Shown here piece by piece: positions 61,139 through 64,000 of a stretch of DNA of 64,000 nt. Location of the stretch: assembly GCA_963797095.1 (NCBI GenBank), contig CAWCNY010000002.1:128001-192000 (forward strand), written 5' to 3'. Each line of letters opens with the position of its first letter. Position 1 is the stretch's first letter. The DNA comes from an uncultured Chloroflexia bacterium (lineage in GTDB: Bacteria; Chloroflexota; Chloroflexia; QHBQ01; JADMIH01). The position numbers and the translations under genes are program-made. Below the pieces are notes generated by a model. That model saw nothing but the letters and a program-made list of their open reading frames with translations, was not told the DNA's origin and did not search any database.

Positions 61139-64000
61139 ATGGCATACAAACCCAGAACCACCGCCCCTGGCGACGGGCAGGGCATTGAGCGACCGGCAGA
61201 GAAGGGCACCCGGCGTGCTTTCTACCTGCTGGCCGCGTTGTTGCTCGCCATCGGCGGCATAGCCATAGCGATCCGCATGACCACCTCCCAGGCCGGCGTG
61301 CAAGTTTCCCAGCCTCCGCGCGTCGCAGGCGACGTGCCGAAGGACGAAGATGGAGATAATGCCTACTCTGCCAACCCGGGGCAAGTGCCCGTCGGCGGTG
61401 ATGAAAGCGCATCCCTCCATAATATCGAGGACTACTGGCTAACTCGTATCAGCTACCCGACCGGCAAGTTCGACACCCGGTGGGTGGTCCAGGCCTCCGA
61501 GCAGGACAAGAACATACAGGCACGCGTGCCCGCAGGCCAGGTTGTCTACCAGCGCGGCGAGTCGCCCCTGGCGCTCGACCCCAACGCCTGGATCTCGCTC
61601 GGCCCTCAGCCTGAGCAGAGTGATGGATGTATCAACTGTTATGCTTATGGGCACGTTTCAGGCCGCGTGAACGACATCAGGATTGACCCGGTCAACACCA
61701 ACGTGGCCTATCTCATCCCTGTTGGTGGAGGCGTCTGGAAGACGACAAACTGCTGTTCTTCTTCCACCACCTGGGCCCCTGTCACCGATGACCCCCTTAT
61801 CTCGGTGGTCACCGTTGACGACCTTTCTATCGACCCCAACGACCACAACACCATCTATGTCGGCACGGGCGACCTCAACTATGGCTCCTTCTCGATGGGC
61901 AGCGCCGGTATCCTCAAGAGCACCGACGCTGGCGCGACCTGGGCTATCAAGGGCGCTGATGTTTTCACCCCCTACTTCCCTGAGCCCGCTGGCCAGTTCC
62001 CACAATACCAGGCAGTGGGCAAGGTAGAGGCCGATCCCAACAACTCCAATACCGTGATTGCGGGCACCAAGACCGGCGTCTTCATGTCGTATAACGGCGG
62101 AGATACCTGGACAGGGCCCTGCGTTACGAACGCATATACCACCCAGCGCCAGGACGTTACTGGCCTGATCCTCAGCGATTCGGGTGCGTTTACAGATATG
62201 TATGTGGCGGTTGGCACGCGTGGCTTCAGCACCACCGTCCAGTACAACCTGGCCGAAAACGGCGCTAACGGTATCTACAAGGCGCAGGTCCCGACGAGCG
62301 GTTGCCCGAGCGGCTGGAACCTCATTACCCGCTCTGACAACGGCTGGCCCACCGGCACAGGATCAGGCATCCCAGTTTACCAGTCAGGCGGCGACACTCT
62401 TGGCCGTATCGATATGGCCATAGCCCCCAGCGATCCCAACTACCTGTACGCTATCGTGCAGGCTATCAACCCCACCAATAACCGCGGTGGCGTGCTCGGC
62501 GTGTGGCGCACTACCGATGCTGGAACCACCTGGAACCAGCAGGCAGGCGCGGGCAACTCCTCCTCCGAGTGGCAAGGTTGTGCAACTGCGGGCACCCAGA
62601 ACTGGTACAACCAGCACATAGCGGTTGATCCACTCGACCCCAATACGGTGCTCGCGGATACGATAGACATATTCAAATCCACAAACGGGGCCGACACATT
62701 CACCAACCTCAGTTGCGGCTACAATGGAGGGCGCGTCCACGTAGACCAACATGCCCTTGAATACGTTCCAGGCCAGTCCAGCGTGCTGCTGTCCGGTAGT
62801 GACGGTGGGGTCTATGTCTGGACCGGCATGAACACGGGCAGTCCCAGCTACACTCAGGTAAACGACTCGCTCAATACGATCGAGTTCTACTCAGGCGACA
62901 TTACTGCCAACTTCGCCAACTCCAGCACCCCTGGTGCTAACGCGGGCGCTCAGGACAACGGTTCGTCCGTCTACGTGTGGCCGAGCAACAATGTAGGTCC
63001 CGCCGTGTGGCAGTTGCGTAAAGGCGGTGACGGTATGTTCGCCCGCATCGAGCCTGTGCTAGGCCAGCGATGGTACCAGGAGAGCCAGAACGGTTCTCTG
63101 GCGGTTACCACGGCGGGCGCGTATAGTTCACAGGTGAACGCTACCGGCGGCTGGGGCGGCGACCGCCTCAGCTTCGTATTCCCTTATGAGATCTTCAAAG
63201 GGAATCCTAGCGGCCCTGCTTCTCAGGACTGCGCTCCCACAGGCTGCACCCACATGATCGCGGGCAGCTACCGTGTATGGGAGACTATTCAGGGAGCCCA
63301 GCCGACTTCAAGCTGGCTGATCAACAGCCCCGACCTGACCAAGAACACATTGGCCGACCGCTCCATAATCAACCAGTTGGCCTACTCGCCGAGCATCTCA
63401 ACCACAGCCATCGTCGGCACCAACGACGGTAATGTGCAGTACGGTTTCAACCTCGGCCAGGGTGTCGCCAACTCCGCTACCTGGGTCAATGTGACGGGCA
63501 GTAACTCCGTCCTCCCCAACAGGCCCATGCTCGACGTAGCCATCGACCCTTCCAATCCTCTAATCGGCTACGCTGCGGTTGGCGGTTTCGATGAGAACAC
63601 ACCAGCAACCCCCGGCCATGTCTACAAGGTGACCTGCTCGGCAAACTGTGGCTCTTTCACGTGGGAGAATAAGAGCGGCAACCTGCCCAACATCCCTGTA
63701 GATTCGATCATCGCCAATCCCAACTATCCACAGCAGGTGTTTGCCGGTACCGACTGGGGCTTCTACTTCACGGACGATATCACGGTAGGTTCGCCTGTGT
63801 GGTACAAGTTCAATAGCAATCTGCCTAACACCATGATCTGGGACATGTCAATCGACCGTGGTGCTACCACCCTTGCCATCTTCACACGCGGTCGCGGTGC
63901 TTACGTATGGCCTCTGCCCACAGGCCCGTTCGGCGCGACCCCCACCCCCGGCGCGGCTACACCAACCTCTACCCGCACCAATACACCCACCAACACTATT
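61139..64000 (+). CDS. BNR/VPS10-like (GH74-like) beta-propeller protein, truncated by the window end
   Basis: Not in the ORF track because it has no stop. ATG 61139 after AGGAG; signal anchor, SGRVND, KSTDAGATW, HVDQH, QDNG, TRGRG; enters a Thr/Pro linker at the window edge. Confidence 0.8.
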   Translation, partial: MAYKPRTTAPGDGQGIERPAEKGTRRAFYLLAALLLAIGGIAIAIRMTTSQAGVQVSQPPRVAGDVPKDEDGDNAYSANPGQVPVGGDESASLHNIEDYWLTRISYPTGKFDTRWVVQASEQDKNIQARVPAGQVVYQRGESPLALDPNAWISLGPQPEQSDGCINCYAYGHVSGRVNDIRIDPVNTNVAYLIPVGGGVWKTTNCCSSSTTWAPVTDDPLISVVTVDDLSIDPNDHNTIYVGTGDLNYGSFSMGSAGILKSTDAGATWAIKGADVFTPYFPEPAGQFPQYQAVGKVEADPNNSNTVIAGTKTGVFMSYNGGDTWTGPCVTNAYTTQRQDVTGLILSDSGAFTDMYVAVGTRGFSTTVQYNLAENGANGIYKAQVPTSGCPSGWNLITRSDNGWPTGTGSGIPVYQSGGDTLGRIDMAIAPSDPNYLYAIVQAINPTNNRGGVLGVWRTTDAGTTWNQQAGAGNSSSEWQGCATAGTQNWYNQHIAVDPLDPNTVLADTIDIFKSTNGADTFTNLSCGYNGGRVHVDQHALEYVPGQSSVLLSGSDGGVYVWTGMNTGSPSYTQVNDSLNTIEFYSGDITANFANSSTPGANAGAQDNGSSVYVWPSNNVGPAVWQLRKGGDGMFARIEPVLGQRWYQESQNGSLAVTTAGAYSSQVNATGGWGGDRLSFVFPYEIFKGNPSGPASQDCAPTGCTHMIAGSYRVWETIQGAQPTSSWLINSPDLTKNTLADRSIINQLAYSPSISTTAIVGTNDGNVQYGFNLGQGVANSATWVNVTGSNSVLPNRPMLDVAIDPSNPLIGYAAVGGFDENTPATPGHVYKVTCSANCGSFTWENKSGNLPNIPVDSIIANPNYPQQVFAGTDWGFYFTDDITVGSPVWYKFNSNLPNTMIWDMSIDRGATTLAIFTRGRGAYVWPLPTGPFGATPTPGAATPTSTRTNTPTNTI

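Overview
A chromosomal bacterial window, most likely Chloroflexota. That assignment is an inference from the Cys-loop SLH proteins, F420-type LLM oxidoreductase, AGAAC-N4-GTTCT LexA box and heptamer repeats. Housekeeping genes include asnS, moaD/moaE, ppk2, pyrG, fabG-fabD-GNAT-fabF-fabF, an ABC exporter pair and a Ser/Thr kinase. They are interleaved with six complete and one truncated secreted surface-protein genes built as variable passenger + Thr/Pro linker + Cys-loop triple SLH anchor. The anchor DNA is shared between paralogs in near-identical, mosaic patches. Other candidates worth follow-up: (i) a partly translationally coupled YprB/MrfB-like exonuclease - F420 LLM reductase - XPB-like helicase - DUF790/Bax1 nuclease cluster; (ii) a CHAP hydrolase whose promoter carries a LexA box and DnaA-like boxes; (iii) a 4 kb two-IS island bracketed by repeats of one 8-mer, with both transposases disrupted by tandem micro-duplications; (iv) a PIN protein with D>N and E>Q active-site changes; (v) a promoter-driven 27-aa membrane peptide; (vi) a terminator in the fab operon leader; (vii) two orphan DNA methyltransferases next to a MITE-like element; (viii) a decayed ABC importer operon. 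No rRNA, tRNA or CRISPR array was seen. All calls are from reading the sequence by eye; no database searches were run.
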